Of a DNA stretch of 64,000 bases, positions 16,795 through 25,334 are shown piece after piece. Below the pieces are notes generated by a model, which searched no databases, was not told where the DNA came from, and saw nothing but the letters and a program-made list of their open reading frames with translations. Within the stretch, counting starts at the first letter, position 1, and every line of letters begins with the position of its first letter. This DNA comes from a virus, in IMG/VR virus record IMGVR_UViG_3300045988_165705. One strand, given 5' to 3'. The translations under genes were made by a program, and so were the position numbers.

Positions 16795-18711
16795 ATGAAC
16801 ATTCCACTCAAAATGAACCGGGACTTTGAAAAAGCGATGGCAGCTCTCAATGAGCGATATGGTGAGGATTTTGAGTTTCTCAATGGTTTCCATGAAACCC
16901 AGTTGAACTTCTCAGATTTCATCGATGGTTTTATTGATAAAAATGTGGCCGATGTGACCATTGATGCCAACGCCAACGCCTCGAATAAGGATATCCGCAG
17001 TCTCTTGAATGAAAAAGGGAAATCCCACGACAAGCTGTTCGCTTTCAACAAGATTTTCTATGAGATGAAGAAGAGGTACAATCTCCGCACGGCAAAAGAA
17101 TGGCTGGAAACAGAGTATAACGGCGGTTTTTATCTGCACGATGCCTCAACTTCCACCTATTTGCCGTATTGCTATGCCTATGACCTGTCCAGATTGGCGA
17201 CAGAAGGGCTTTTCTTCTTGAAAAACTATAACAATCAGGCGCCAAAACACCTCACCACCTTCATGGATGATGTAATCGAGTATATCAGCTACATGAGCAA
17301 TCGCAGTTCCGGCGCTGTGGGCATCCCCAATGTCCTGATTTGGACATATTACTTCTGGAAAAAAGACTGCGAAAGCGGTCACATCATCAAAGACCCAGAG
17401 TATTACATTAAACAGTGCTTCCAGAAGTTTATCTACCGCCTCAATCAGCCGTTCATGCGCATCGACCAGACTGCCTTTGTCAATGTATCCATCTTTGACC
17501 GTAATTATATCGAGGCTCTGTTTGGCGGCGTACAGTATCCGGACGGCAGCTATGTCATTGATTGTGTGGAAGAGCTGATTGAGCACCAGAAACTCTTCAT
17601 GGAGGTCGTTTCACAAATCCGAAGCGAGAATATGTTCACCTTCCCGGTACTGACTTATAGTCTTCTGTACCGTGACGGAAAGTTTGTGGACGAGAACTTT
17701 GCCAGATGGTGCAGCGACCACAATACCACATGGAACGACAGTAACTTCTTCATCAGCGGTGATGTGAATACGCTTTCCAACTGCTGCCGTCTGCTGTCAG
17801 ATACCTCAAAGCTTAATGCGTTCATCAACTCCATCGGCGGCACGGCACTTTCTATCGGTTCTGTCAAGGTCAATACCATCAACCTGATGCGGATTGCGCT
17901 GGAAACGGAATGCGATGAGAAAAAGTATCTGGCTCTTCTTAAAAAGCGTGCGCTTCTGTGCTGTAAAACTCTTGATACCGTGCGGCATATTATTCACCGG
18001 AACATCGAAAAGGGTTTACTGCCCAACTATCAGGATGGTGCAGTAGAGATGGACAAGCAGTACTGCACGATGGGCATCCTCGGCCTGTATGAGGTAATCG
18101 AAGCTTTCGGTTATACCAAGACAGACGAATTCGGTTATATCAGCTATACCGATGATGGCGTCACTTTCGCAAGCAAAATCTTTGAGGTGCTCAACGAAGT
18201 TAAGGACAACTTCACCGAGGAGTACTCATTCAATATCGAAAGCGTTCCTGCAGAGCGTGCCGCTGTTATCCTGTGTCAGAAAGACAATGTCCTGTACGAC
18301 CACAACGATAAATTCATTTACTCCAATCAGTGGATTCCTCTGTCGGCCAAATGCACCATACAGGAAAAACTGCGGCTGTGCTCCATTCTGGATGAGAAGT
18401 GTTCCGGCGGTAGTATCGCCCACATCAATCTGGAGTCGAATTTCCCCAATACGGATATGGCATGGGAGATGCTCAACAAGATTGCACAGTCAGGCGTTAT
18501 CTACTTTGCATTTAACACCCGCATCAACGAATGCAAGCATCATCACGGTTTCGTAGGCACAGACCATTGTCCGGTGTGCGGTGAACCTGTATTCGATACA
18601 TATCAGCGCATCGTTGGCTATCTTGTCCCGTCACGCGCTTATTCCAAAGACCGTTTCCGCGAGTTCAACACAAGACAGTGGTACACCTACGCGGAGGCAA
18701 TGAGCGAATGA
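16795..18711 (+). CDS. nrdD: anaerobic (class III) ribonucleoside-triphosphate reductase
   Basis: 638 aa. C-terminal zinc site (CPVCGEP) and glycyl-radical motif (RIVGYLVPS). Confidence 0.9.
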   Translation: MNIPLKMNRDFEKAMAALNERYGEDFEFLNGFHETQLNFSDFIDGFIDKNVADVTIDANANASNKDIRSLLNEKGKSHDKLFAFNKIFYEMKKRYNLRTAKEWLETEYNGGFYLHDASTSTYLPYCYAYDLSRLATEGLFFLKNYNNQAPKHLTTFMDDVIEYISYMSNRSSGAVGIPNVLIWTYYFWKKDCESGHIIKDPEYYIKQCFQKFIYRLNQPFMRIDQTAFVNVSIFDRNYIEALFGGVQYPDGSYVIDCVEELIEHQKLFMEVVSQIRSENMFTFPVLTYSLLYRDGKFVDENFARWCSDHNTTWNDSNFFISGDVNTLSNCCRLLSDTSKLNAFINSIGGTALSIGSVKVNTINLMRIALETECDEKKYLALLKKRALLCCKTLDTVRHIIHRNIEKGLLPNYQDGAVEMDKQYCTMGILGLYEVIEAFGYTKTDEFGYISYTDDGVTFASKIFEVLNEVKDNFTEEYSFNIESVPAERAAVILCQKDNVLYDHNDKFIYSNQWIPLSAKCTIQEKLRLCSILDEKCSGGSIAHINLESNFPNTDMAWEMLNKIAQSGVIYFAFNTRINECKHHHGFVGTDHCPVCGEPVFDTYQRIVGYLVPSRAYSKDRFREFNTRQWYTYAEAMSE

Positions 18712-19238
18712 GGGTAAAGACGGTAGTTGATGAGGACTTCACCAATTATAAGAAACCGGCCATGTTCATTGGCACGATTTCCTGTGGGGGCAAGTGCTGT
18801 ATCGAAGCTGGTATTCCTCTCTCTGTTTGTCAAAATGATGGGTGGCGCTCTTGCACCCCCATTACGATTGACGATGATGAGCTCTGCCATCGGTATTTGA
18901 CAAATCCCCTCACCAAAGCGGTTGTCTTCGGTGGGCTTGAACCGATGGAACAGTTTGAGGAACTTCTCACATTCCTGGATTTGTTTCGTGACACCTATGA
19001 CTGCGAAGATGATGTCGTCATCTATACCGGTTATTATCCCGAAGAAATCCCAGACCAGCTTCATACCCTTTCTCTTTACGAAAATGTCTTCGTAAAGTTC
19101 GGACGCTATATCCCGAACAAGCCACACCGTTTTGACCCTGTGCTTGGCGTAGAGCTTGCCTCGGACAATCAGTATGCGGCCAATGTATTCTGGCCGTTCT
19201 GGAGGAACAACAAATATGCAAATCAACATCAATCCTGA
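18708..19238 (+). CDS. nrdG: NrdG-like RNR activating protein with atypical Cys spacing
   Basis: ATGA overlap with nrdD. VVFGGLEPM followed by VVIYTGYYPEEI matches NrdG. The cluster region (SCGGKCCIEAGIPLSVCQN) is C-x3-C-C-x10-C, so the flanking Cys are 11 residues apart instead of CX3CX2C. Confidence 0.55.
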   Translation: MRVKTVVDEDFTNYKKPAMFIGTISCGGKCCIEAGIPLSVCQNDGWRSCTPITIDDDELCHRYLTNPLTKAVVFGGLEPMEQFEELLTFLDLFRDTYDCEDDVVIYTGYYPEEIPDQLHTLSLYENVFVKFGRYIPNKPHRFDPVLGVELASDNQYAANVFWPFWRNNKYANQHQS

Positions 19239-19488
19239 CAAAGACTTCGTCGCTCATATGCGCAAGGCACTTAAAGACAACAATGGGTTTTGTCCGTGCG
19301 CTATTGTGAGAAGCGAAGATACCAAGTGTATGTGCAAAGAGTTCCGTGAGATGGAGGAAGGAACCTGTCATTGCGGACTGTACATCAAGATTAAGGATAA
19401 GCCCGCCGCTGAAAATGTAGACCGCTGCATTTGCTGTGGTGCAGTAATTCCAGAGGGAAGAATGGTTTGTCCAAACTGTGGTGAATAA
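19216..19488 (+). CDS. ferredoxin:thioredoxin(disulfide) reductase catalytic-subunit-like protein with C-terminal zinc ribbon
   Basis: The CPC / CMC / CHC triad (GFCPCAIVRSEDTKCMCKEFREMEEGTCHCGLY) matches the FTR catalytic-subunit pattern. The tail carries CICCG and CPNCG. The ATG lies 9 nt after GGAGGA. Confidence 0.65.
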   Translation: MQININPDKDFVAHMRKALKDNNGFCPCAIVRSEDTKCMCKEFREMEEGTCHCGLYIKIKDKPAAENVDRCICCGAVIPEGRMVCPNCGE

Positions 19489-19502
19489 CTGGGAGGTACT
19501 CA

Positions 19503-20705
19503 TTGGAGTCAAAAGTATTTGGCCTTATTGCAAAAGAACAGCACCGACAGGATACGACTATCGAACTGATAGCCAGCGAGAACTTCGTAAGTGAAAACAT
19601 CATGCGAGCAGTCGGTTCCTGCCTGACCAACAAGTATTCAGAGGGATACCCCGCTACGCATCGCTCAGGAAGCCGTGGCAGATACTATGGCGGATGCCAG
19701 TATGTAGACGAGCTGGAGGAATATTGCTGCGAAATGTGGCAGAAGGTGTTCCAGACTAACTATCATGTCAATGTGCAGCCGCACAGCGGCACGAATGCAA
19801 ATATTGCGGCATATTTGTCCGTACTGAAACCCGGAGATACTATTCTTTCTATGAGCCTTGATAACGGCGGGCATTTGTCCCACGGCTCTCCGGTGAATAT
19901 CAGTGGTAAGATTTTCAATTTCATCCACTATGGAGCAAACAAATCCGGGTGGATTGATACAAACGATTTCATCGACAAGCTTTATAAGTTCAATCCAAAG
20001 CTTGTAGTCATTGGGGCTTCGGCATATAGCCGTACCCTGTACTTTGACACCTTCAGAAATGTTATCGACTGCTATAGAGGGCAGACAGGAAACGAGTGCT
20101 ATATGCTGGTGGATATGGCACATATCGCAGGACTTGTAGCAGCTGGCGACCATCCGTCCCCATTCGGGCTTGCTGACATCATTACTACCACGACACACAA
20201 AACTCTGCGAGGCACAAGGGGCGGTTTGATTTTCTGCAAACCGGAGCTTGCCAAGCGCATCGACAGCGCAGTCTTCCCCTGCTGTCAGGGCGGGGCGCTG
20301 CAGCATATCATCGCCGGTAAAGCGGTAACAGCTGAGGAGGCTTGCACAGACAAGTTCAAGAACTACATCCACGCCGTTGTGCGTAACTGTAAGGCGATGT
20401 GCGATGCATTTATTTCGATGGGCTACAAGGTCGTTACAGGTGGTACAGACAATCATCTGTTCCTGCTTGACCTGACGGAAACAGGGTTGACCGGCAAAGC
20501 GGTACAGGACGAATTGGACAAGCATGGCATTACCCTTAATAAGAACTGTGTTCCCAATGAAACTCGTTCTCCGCAGCAGACTTCCGGCGTTCGTATCGGA
20601 ACGGCAGCTATGACGACTAAGGGCTATACCGCCGAAGACTTCGTCAGCGTCGCTCACATCATTGACAACATTATCAAATCCATGCAGGAGGAACTACATG
20701 ACTAA
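19503..20705 (+). CDS. glyA: serine hydroxymethyltransferase
   Basis: ELIASENF, SEGYP and the PLP-lysine motif TTTTHKTLRGTRGG. 400 aa. Confidence 0.93.
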   Translation: MESKVFGLIAKEQHRQDTTIELIASENFVSENIMRAVGSCLTNKYSEGYPATHRSGSRGRYYGGCQYVDELEEYCCEMWQKVFQTNYHVNVQPHSGTNANIAAYLSVLKPGDTILSMSLDNGGHLSHGSPVNISGKIFNFIHYGANKSGWIDTNDFIDKLYKFNPKLVVIGASAYSRTLYFDTFRNVIDCYRGQTGNECYMLVDMAHIAGLVAAGDHPSPFGLADIITTTTHKTLRGTRGGLIFCKPELAKRIDSAVFPCCQGGALQHIIAGKAVTAEEACTDKFKNYIHAVVRNCKAMCDAFISMGYKVVTGGTDNHLFLLDLTETGLTGKAVQDELDKHGITLNKNCVPNETRSPQQTSGVRIGTAAMTTKGYTAEDFVSVAHIIDNIIKSMQEELHD

Positions 20706-21006
20706 GAAAATCATTACTACATATACCGAGTACGATGAAGACGGCAAAATCAAAAGCCAGAGCGTCACAGAAACCCCTTACCCCGAAGACGACTGCGACC
20801 TTGATTGCGAATGCTGCGACGGTGCAGAGGCGGATGAAGACGATGATGATGCCGTATATCAGCTGACACCCAAAGGCATTGCGTGTCTGGCACTGCTTCG
20901 CACCGGTCTTGTTGAGTCTATTGAAGACCCTCGAATTGATGGGTTCTGGGAGCTTTTCCAGGCAGACATGGACGCACTTGGTTACACGCAGGAGGTTGAA
21001 GAATGA
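20698..21006 (+). CDS. hypothetical acidic Cys-containing protein
   Basis: 102 aa. The ATG lies 7 nt after AGGAGG and overlaps the glyA stop. Confidence 0.4.
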   Translation: MTKKIITTYTEYDEDGKIKSQSVTETPYPEDDCDLDCECCDGAEADEDDDDAVYQLTPKGIACLALLRTGLVESIEDPRIDGFWELFQADMDALGYTQEVEE

Positions 21007-21539
21007 ACAGAGTCGGTGAGTTTGAAAAAGTCAGCTTCGAGCAGTACTACGAAGCTATCAAAGATGAATTTTATAAAGGGCAGGAAATGACTCCTGCTCT
21101 GCAAGAAAACATCAAGAAGTCATGGGAAGCTCTCCAGCTTCCGTCCAGAGCCACATCCGGCTCTGCCGGTTATGACTTCAAGGCGCCGTTCTCCTTCTCA
21201 CTGGACGCCGGTGATACCATCAAAATCCCCACCGGCATTCGGGTTAAGGTCGATGAGGGCTGGTGGCTTGGCTGTCTGCCTCGCAGCAGCCTTGGCTTCA
21301 AGTACCGCCTGCAACTGGACAACACGATGGGCGTGATTGACAGCGACTATTACTACTCAGATAACGAGGGGCACATCTTCGCTAAAATCACGAACGACAA
21401 TCATACAGGCAAAACACTTACCGTAGAGGCCGGTAGCGGCTTCCTACAGGCGATTTTCATCCCTTATGGGGTAACATACTCCGACGATGCAACAGGCGTC
21501 AGAAACGGCGGTATGGGCTCTACAGACAGCAAATCATAA
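21003..21539 (+). CDS. dut: trimeric dUTPase (about 50-aa N-terminal extension)
   Basis: Motifs AGYD, PRSS, GVIDSDY, QAIF and a C-terminal RNGGMGSTD. Confidence 0.85.
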   Translation: MNRVGEFEKVSFEQYYEAIKDEFYKGQEMTPALQENIKKSWEALQLPSRATSGSAGYDFKAPFSFSLDAGDTIKIPTGIRVKVDEGWWLGCLPRSSLGFKYRLQLDNTMGVIDSDYYYSDNEGHIFAKITNDNHTGKTLTVEAGSGFLQAIFIPYGVTYSDDATGVRNGGMGSTDSKS

Positions 21540-21636
21540 TGAAACCCTGCATTGCAGTGTAATGATTTCGTTCAATAGTTTTCGGTAGAGACAGCGTCTC
21601 ACGACCGAAGAAATATACATAGAAAGGGAAAAGACT

Positions 21637-22410
21637 ATGAAACGAATTTTCTCACTGCTTCTGGTTGTTGTACTTGTATTTGGTACAACTTCCGTTTATG
21701 CCCTCTCTTGGACTTCCACCTCAGAACCATGCAAGACATACACAATCAACATCGTAAAATACGAGTTGATTCCCGGCGATGTCGGCAATAGCTTCCGGGT
21801 AAACCCGAATACTACTGCACGCAAAGGTGAATACGCCTACTACAGTATTGAGGTGTACAATGCCGACAATCAAAAGGTAGACCCCGGCAAACTTATTGTG
21901 ACCGATATGGCCGCACCAACAAACCTGGACAACGGCTTGTATGCAGCTCTTGTTACCGGAAGCCGTCCGATGCTCACATATAGCATCGAAGAAAAAACAT
22001 CACTTCAGGAGCTACATTATAACAATATGCCAATTACCATCAGTGGTGATACCGTTACAATCGGTAAATTGGTGTTTACACGGTCAGTGTCCGGAGTAGT
22101 AACAGATGTGCATTTTGATGGCAACATTTTGGAACTGACAAAAGAGTTGACTGCGCTCAATATGACACCGGAAGATGTCTACAATGGTAAGGTTTGCATG
22201 AGCAACGATGTGTTAATTCAGAACTTTGGGATGATATGCAAGCAAACCGCAACATCCAAATGGTATAACGACGCAGATGCTATCAAAAACATTACCATCC
22301 CGAAGACAGGAGATGCACCGTTAAATGCTTTGTTTGTTGCATTGGTAACATTGGTGACAACAAGCGTGGCGATATGCTTCAGCTGTCGCTTCAAACAGAA
22401 AAAGGATTAA
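21637..22410 (+). CDS. secreted, sortase-anchored surface protein (moron)
   Basis: Signal peptide MKRIFSLLLVVVLVFGTTSVYA. C-terminal sorting signal IPKTGD, followed by a hydrophobic span and an RFKQKKD tail. Confidence 0.65.
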   Translation: MKRIFSLLLVVVLVFGTTSVYALSWTSTSEPCKTYTINIVKYELIPGDVGNSFRVNPNTTARKGEYAYYSIEVYNADNQKVDPGKLIVTDMAAPTNLDNGLYAALVTGSRPMLTYSIEEKTSLQELHYNNMPITISGDTVTIGKLVFTRSVSGVVTDVHFDGNILELTKELTALNMTPEDVYNGKVCMSNDVLIQNFGMICKQTATSKWYNDADAIKNITIPKTGDAPLNALFVALVTLVTTSVAICFSCRFKQKKD

Positions 22411-22435
22411 GACCCTGAGTACTTCATGTAGAGAT

Positions 22436-22471
22436 GGGGCTGGTGATAATAAGCCAGCCCCATTATTTTTT
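22436..22471 (+). terminator. rho-independent terminator
   Basis: GGGGCTGG (22436-22443) pairs with CCAGCCCC (22454-22461), followed by ATTATTTTTT. Confidence 0.7.
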
Positions 22472-22486
22472 ACGCCAACAAGGAGG

Positions 22487-22669
22487 TTGGTTATCATAGC
22501 TGCAAAAAAATATACCGAAGAAAAAGTCAACGCCGTATATGACGGCGATATTTATACCATCATCAACCTCACGCCAGTTATACATAAAGACGACCGACAG
22601 GAACAGAAAAATGAAATTGAAAAAACCCTGTACACCGTCTTTAGCAAATACACACCGAAAAAGAAATAA
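22487..22669 (+). CDS. doubtful small ORF upstream of the integrase
   Basis: 60-aa ORF. The predicted TTG start abuts AGGAGG with no spacer, and there is no in-frame ATG. The real start is unclear. Confidence 0.25.
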   Translation: MVIIAAKKYTEEKVNAVYDGDIYTIINLTPVIHKDDRQEQKNEIEKTLYTVFSKYTPKKK

Positions 22670-22683
22670 GACGGAGGATACCG

Positions 22684-24198
22684 ATGGAAGATTTTATTTA
22701 CGCAAGACAGTCTGTTGATAAAGAAGACAGCATCTCTATTGAAAGCCAAATCGAGTTGTGCCTGCGGGAGGTAGGGAATAATCCGCACAGAGTATTTCGA
22801 GATAAAGGGTACAGCGGTAAAAATACAGAGCGTCCTGACTTTCAAGATATGATGGCCGCCGTTCGTGCTGGCGGCGCAAGGCGAATTATTGTGTACCGCC
22901 TTGACCGAATCAGCCGTTCCGTTCTTGACTTTGCAAATGTTATCAGTGAGCTGCAGAAGTACGGCGTTGAGTTCGTGTCTATTACAGAACGATTTGACAC
23001 CTCAACACCTATTGGCAAAGCAATGCTGATGATAGTCATGGTATTCGCCCAGCTTGAGCGCGAAACGATTCAACAGCGTGTCATGGATGCATACCGCTCA
23101 CGCAGTAGAAAAGGCTTCTACATGGGCGGCAGAGTCCCTTATGGGTTTGAACTGGAAAACACCGTTATGGAGGGCATCAAAACCTGTATGTATAAACCCA
23201 TTCCAGAGCAGATACAGGTCGTGCAGCTTATCTTTTTTCTGTATGCTATGCCGCAGGTTTCCTTTGCCGATGTGGTGCGCTACCTCAGCCAGAATGGAAT
23301 TAAAAATCCTAACGGTAAAAACTTCAGCCGTATGCGCATCCGAGATATTATTACAAATCCTGTGTACGCTAAAGCAGACGCTTCGATTTATGAATTCTTC
23401 CACGGGCAAGGAACCGAAATCATCAACGACATCTCTCAGTTCATTGGAACAAATGGAGCTTATCTGTACACAGGGAACAAAGCGGCCAAACGCAAGAGCA
23501 TTTCTCTTGACGGTCATGTCCTCGTTCTTGCTCCGCACGCAGGATGCATCGATGCTGATACATGGATTCGGTGCAGGCGCAAGTGCCTGAATGTGCGCCA
23601 GATAGCTAAGCCTGTGAAAGCAAAGAACACATGGCTTGCCGGTAAAATCAAGTGCATTGATTGTGGGCACGCCCTCTCCCTGAAATCCTATCCCCGTAAA
23701 CGCAGTGCAGACGCAAGGTACTACATCTGCAACAGCAAGTATGTTTCCGCATCCTGCGACGGCGTAGGCGCAATACAGGCCAGCGGAATCGAGGACATTG
23801 TCTTTGATGAAATGTCCCGCAAACTTAAAGAGTTCAACAAGCTTTCTTACAAGGAAAAGCACGGAGACCCCATTGAGCTTACCAAGCTGAAAATCCGTGC
23901 AGAAGAAATCGAAAAAGAAATCGCCACGCTTATAGACAAAATCGTATCTGCAAGCACAGCGACAATGGAATATATCAATGAGCGCATTGATGCACTCGAC
24001 GAAGAAAAGAAAACGGTAAAAGAAAAAATCGCTCAAATGTCAGCCGAAATGTATGACAGACAAAACATCGGCGTCATCAGCGATTACATGAGCAAATGGA
24101 ACGATATATCTATCGACGATAAATTAACCGTGGTAGATACCCTGATTGAATCTATTCATGTTGGACACGGCAAAATTAAAATTGCATGGAAAATCTGA
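22684..24198 (+). CDS. large serine recombinase (phage integrase)
   Basis: Resolvase catalytic N-terminus (IYARQSVDKEDSISIESQ), a recombinase domain, a zinc ribbon (CIDCGHAL followed by YYICNSK and C), and a C-terminal coiled coil. Confidence 0.93.
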   Translation: MEDFIYARQSVDKEDSISIESQIELCLREVGNNPHRVFRDKGYSGKNTERPDFQDMMAAVRAGGARRIIVYRLDRISRSVLDFANVISELQKYGVEFVSITERFDTSTPIGKAMLMIVMVFAQLERETIQQRVMDAYRSRSRKGFYMGGRVPYGFELENTVMEGIKTCMYKPIPEQIQVVQLIFFLYAMPQVSFADVVRYLSQNGIKNPNGKNFSRMRIRDIITNPVYAKADASIYEFFHGQGTEIINDISQFIGTNGAYLYTGNKAAKRKSISLDGHVLVLAPHAGCIDADTWIRCRRKCLNVRQIAKPVKAKNTWLAGKIKCIDCGHALSLKSYPRKRSADARYYICNSKYVSASCDGVGAIQASGIEDIVFDEMSRKLKEFNKLSYKEKHGDPIELTKLKIRAEEIEKEIATLIDKIVSASTATMEYINERIDALDEEKKTVKEKIAQMSAEMYDRQNIGVISDYMSKWNDISIDDKLTVVDTLIESIHVGHGKIKIAWKI

Positions 24199-24301
24199 TG
24201 TGGTAGTCTGATTGTTTTGCTTTAGCTATACAATCAACATACAACATCTTTTAAGCCTCGTGAAACTACTCAATCCGAGGCGCATACATAGAAATGTTCG
24301 T

Positions 24302-24340
24302 TTATAAGACCGCTGTTTAGATTAAACAACGCTGTTATAA
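24302..24340. other. candidate attP core (39-bp dyad-symmetric element)
   Basis: Imperfect palindrome CGCTGTTTA-GAT-TAAACAACG (24311-24331, 8 of 9 arm positions). It is flanked symmetrically by TTATAA at 24302-24307 and 24335-24340. It lies in the 330-bp non-coding gap next to the serine integrase. Confidence 0.3.
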
Positions 24341-24425
24341 GTGAACATTCAAAAGCTGAATTTATAATGGACAGTTAAACAACCTAAAAGCAAACGCACA
24401 CTTTGACCTCACAAATAAATAGCGC

Positions 24426-24478
24426 AAAAAAAATAGGGCAGGAACGGAGTAATTTCCGAACCTGCCCTAATTTATTTT
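24426..24478. terminator. bidirectional terminator between the convergent arms
   Basis: TAGGGCAGG (24434-24442) pairs with CCTGCCCTA (24461-24469). An A8 run lies upstream and ATTTATTTT downstream. Confidence 0.6.
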
Positions 24479-24530
24479 CGCACATTTCCTCAACTGAGAA
24501 TATTCACACCCACAAAATATCCTCGGATAA

Positions 24531-24920
24531 TTATTTGCCAAACATGACGATTGCACCGATGATACCACTCACAAGCAAAGTGCAGATACAGGTGATAACT
24601 GCAACTTTGATAGAGTTCACATTGCTGGCAATCTGTTTGTACGGTTTGTTCTCAGCCTCATTGACCTTTTCCGACAACTTACGCTCGGTTTCCTGCCAAG
24701 CTTTCGCCTGTGCATCGACTTTACTGTTTGTGTCGTCCACCTTCGTTTCAATGTTGCTGACACGCTGTGCAATAAGCTCAACAGAAGTAGCAATCTTGTA
24801 GATGGCTTTCTGCTCGCTTTGGATTTCCTTCAGCTCATTTTCCAGATTATCAATTCTATGCGTATTGGACTTACATCTCTGTTCCGTCTCAATGAGCATA
24901 ACAGTCTCCTGGTCAGTCAT
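24531..24920 (-). CDS. xhlA: XhlA-like membrane protein (lysis cassette)
   Basis: Coiled-coil N-terminus plus a single C-terminal TM (VAVITCICTLLVSGIIGAIVMF), as in PBSX XhlA. Adjacent to the holin and endolysin. Confidence 0.5.
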   Translation of the reverse strand: MTDQETVMLIETEQRCKSNTHRIDNLENELKEIQSEQKAIYKIATSVELIAQRVSNIETKVDDTNSKVDAQAKAWQETERKLSEKVNEAENKPYKQIASNVNSIKVAVITCICTLLVSGIIGAIVMFGK

Positions 24921-24941
24921 ATGAGCACCTCCTGAATAAAG

Positions 24942-25301
24942 TTACTTCCCCTCTTCCTTCTTGGCAGTAACCTTATTTGCGGGTGTGGCAGGGTTAATTA
25001 CCTTGCTCATGTCGCACAGACTATCAATCATGTCGGCAATTGCGTCATAATCAATGTCGTAGTTAATGCCATCTGCGCTCGCCTTGAGCATCGCCAGAAC
25101 CCACTCTTTTCGTTCTGCACCGTCTTTGAACTTAGTCTCGGCAGTCTCCATCAGCTTCATAACCTTCTCCAGAACGACGCCCCAGTTCTTCTCCTTGACA
25201 GCCTGCTTGATGTATTTCACAAGCTGAATAACGAGAGGAATGGCGGCGGCCAGACCGGAAGCGATTGCTGCGATGTACTTCAGAATCTCCAACCAATCCA
25301 T
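24942..25301 (-). CDS. holin (LL-H-like architecture)
   Basis: 119 aa with an N-terminal TM (YIAAIASGLAAAIPLVIQLV) and a charged C-terminus. It lies immediately downstream of the endolysin. Confidence 0.55.
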   Translation of the reverse strand: MDWLEILKYIAAIASGLAAAIPLVIQLVKYIKQAVKEKNWGVVLEKVMKLMETAETKFKDGAERKEWVLAMLKASADGINYDIDYDAIADMIDSLCDMSKVINPATPANKVTAKKEEGK

Positions 25302-25334
25302 AATCGTACCTCCATTTCTTTTTCTGGCAGAGTG

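Noticed and set aside
24403-24801. 132-aa plus-strand ORF after the integrase
   Set aside because: It starts inside the terminator hairpin and runs antisense to the XhlA-like gene. The minus-strand gene fits the lysis cassette.
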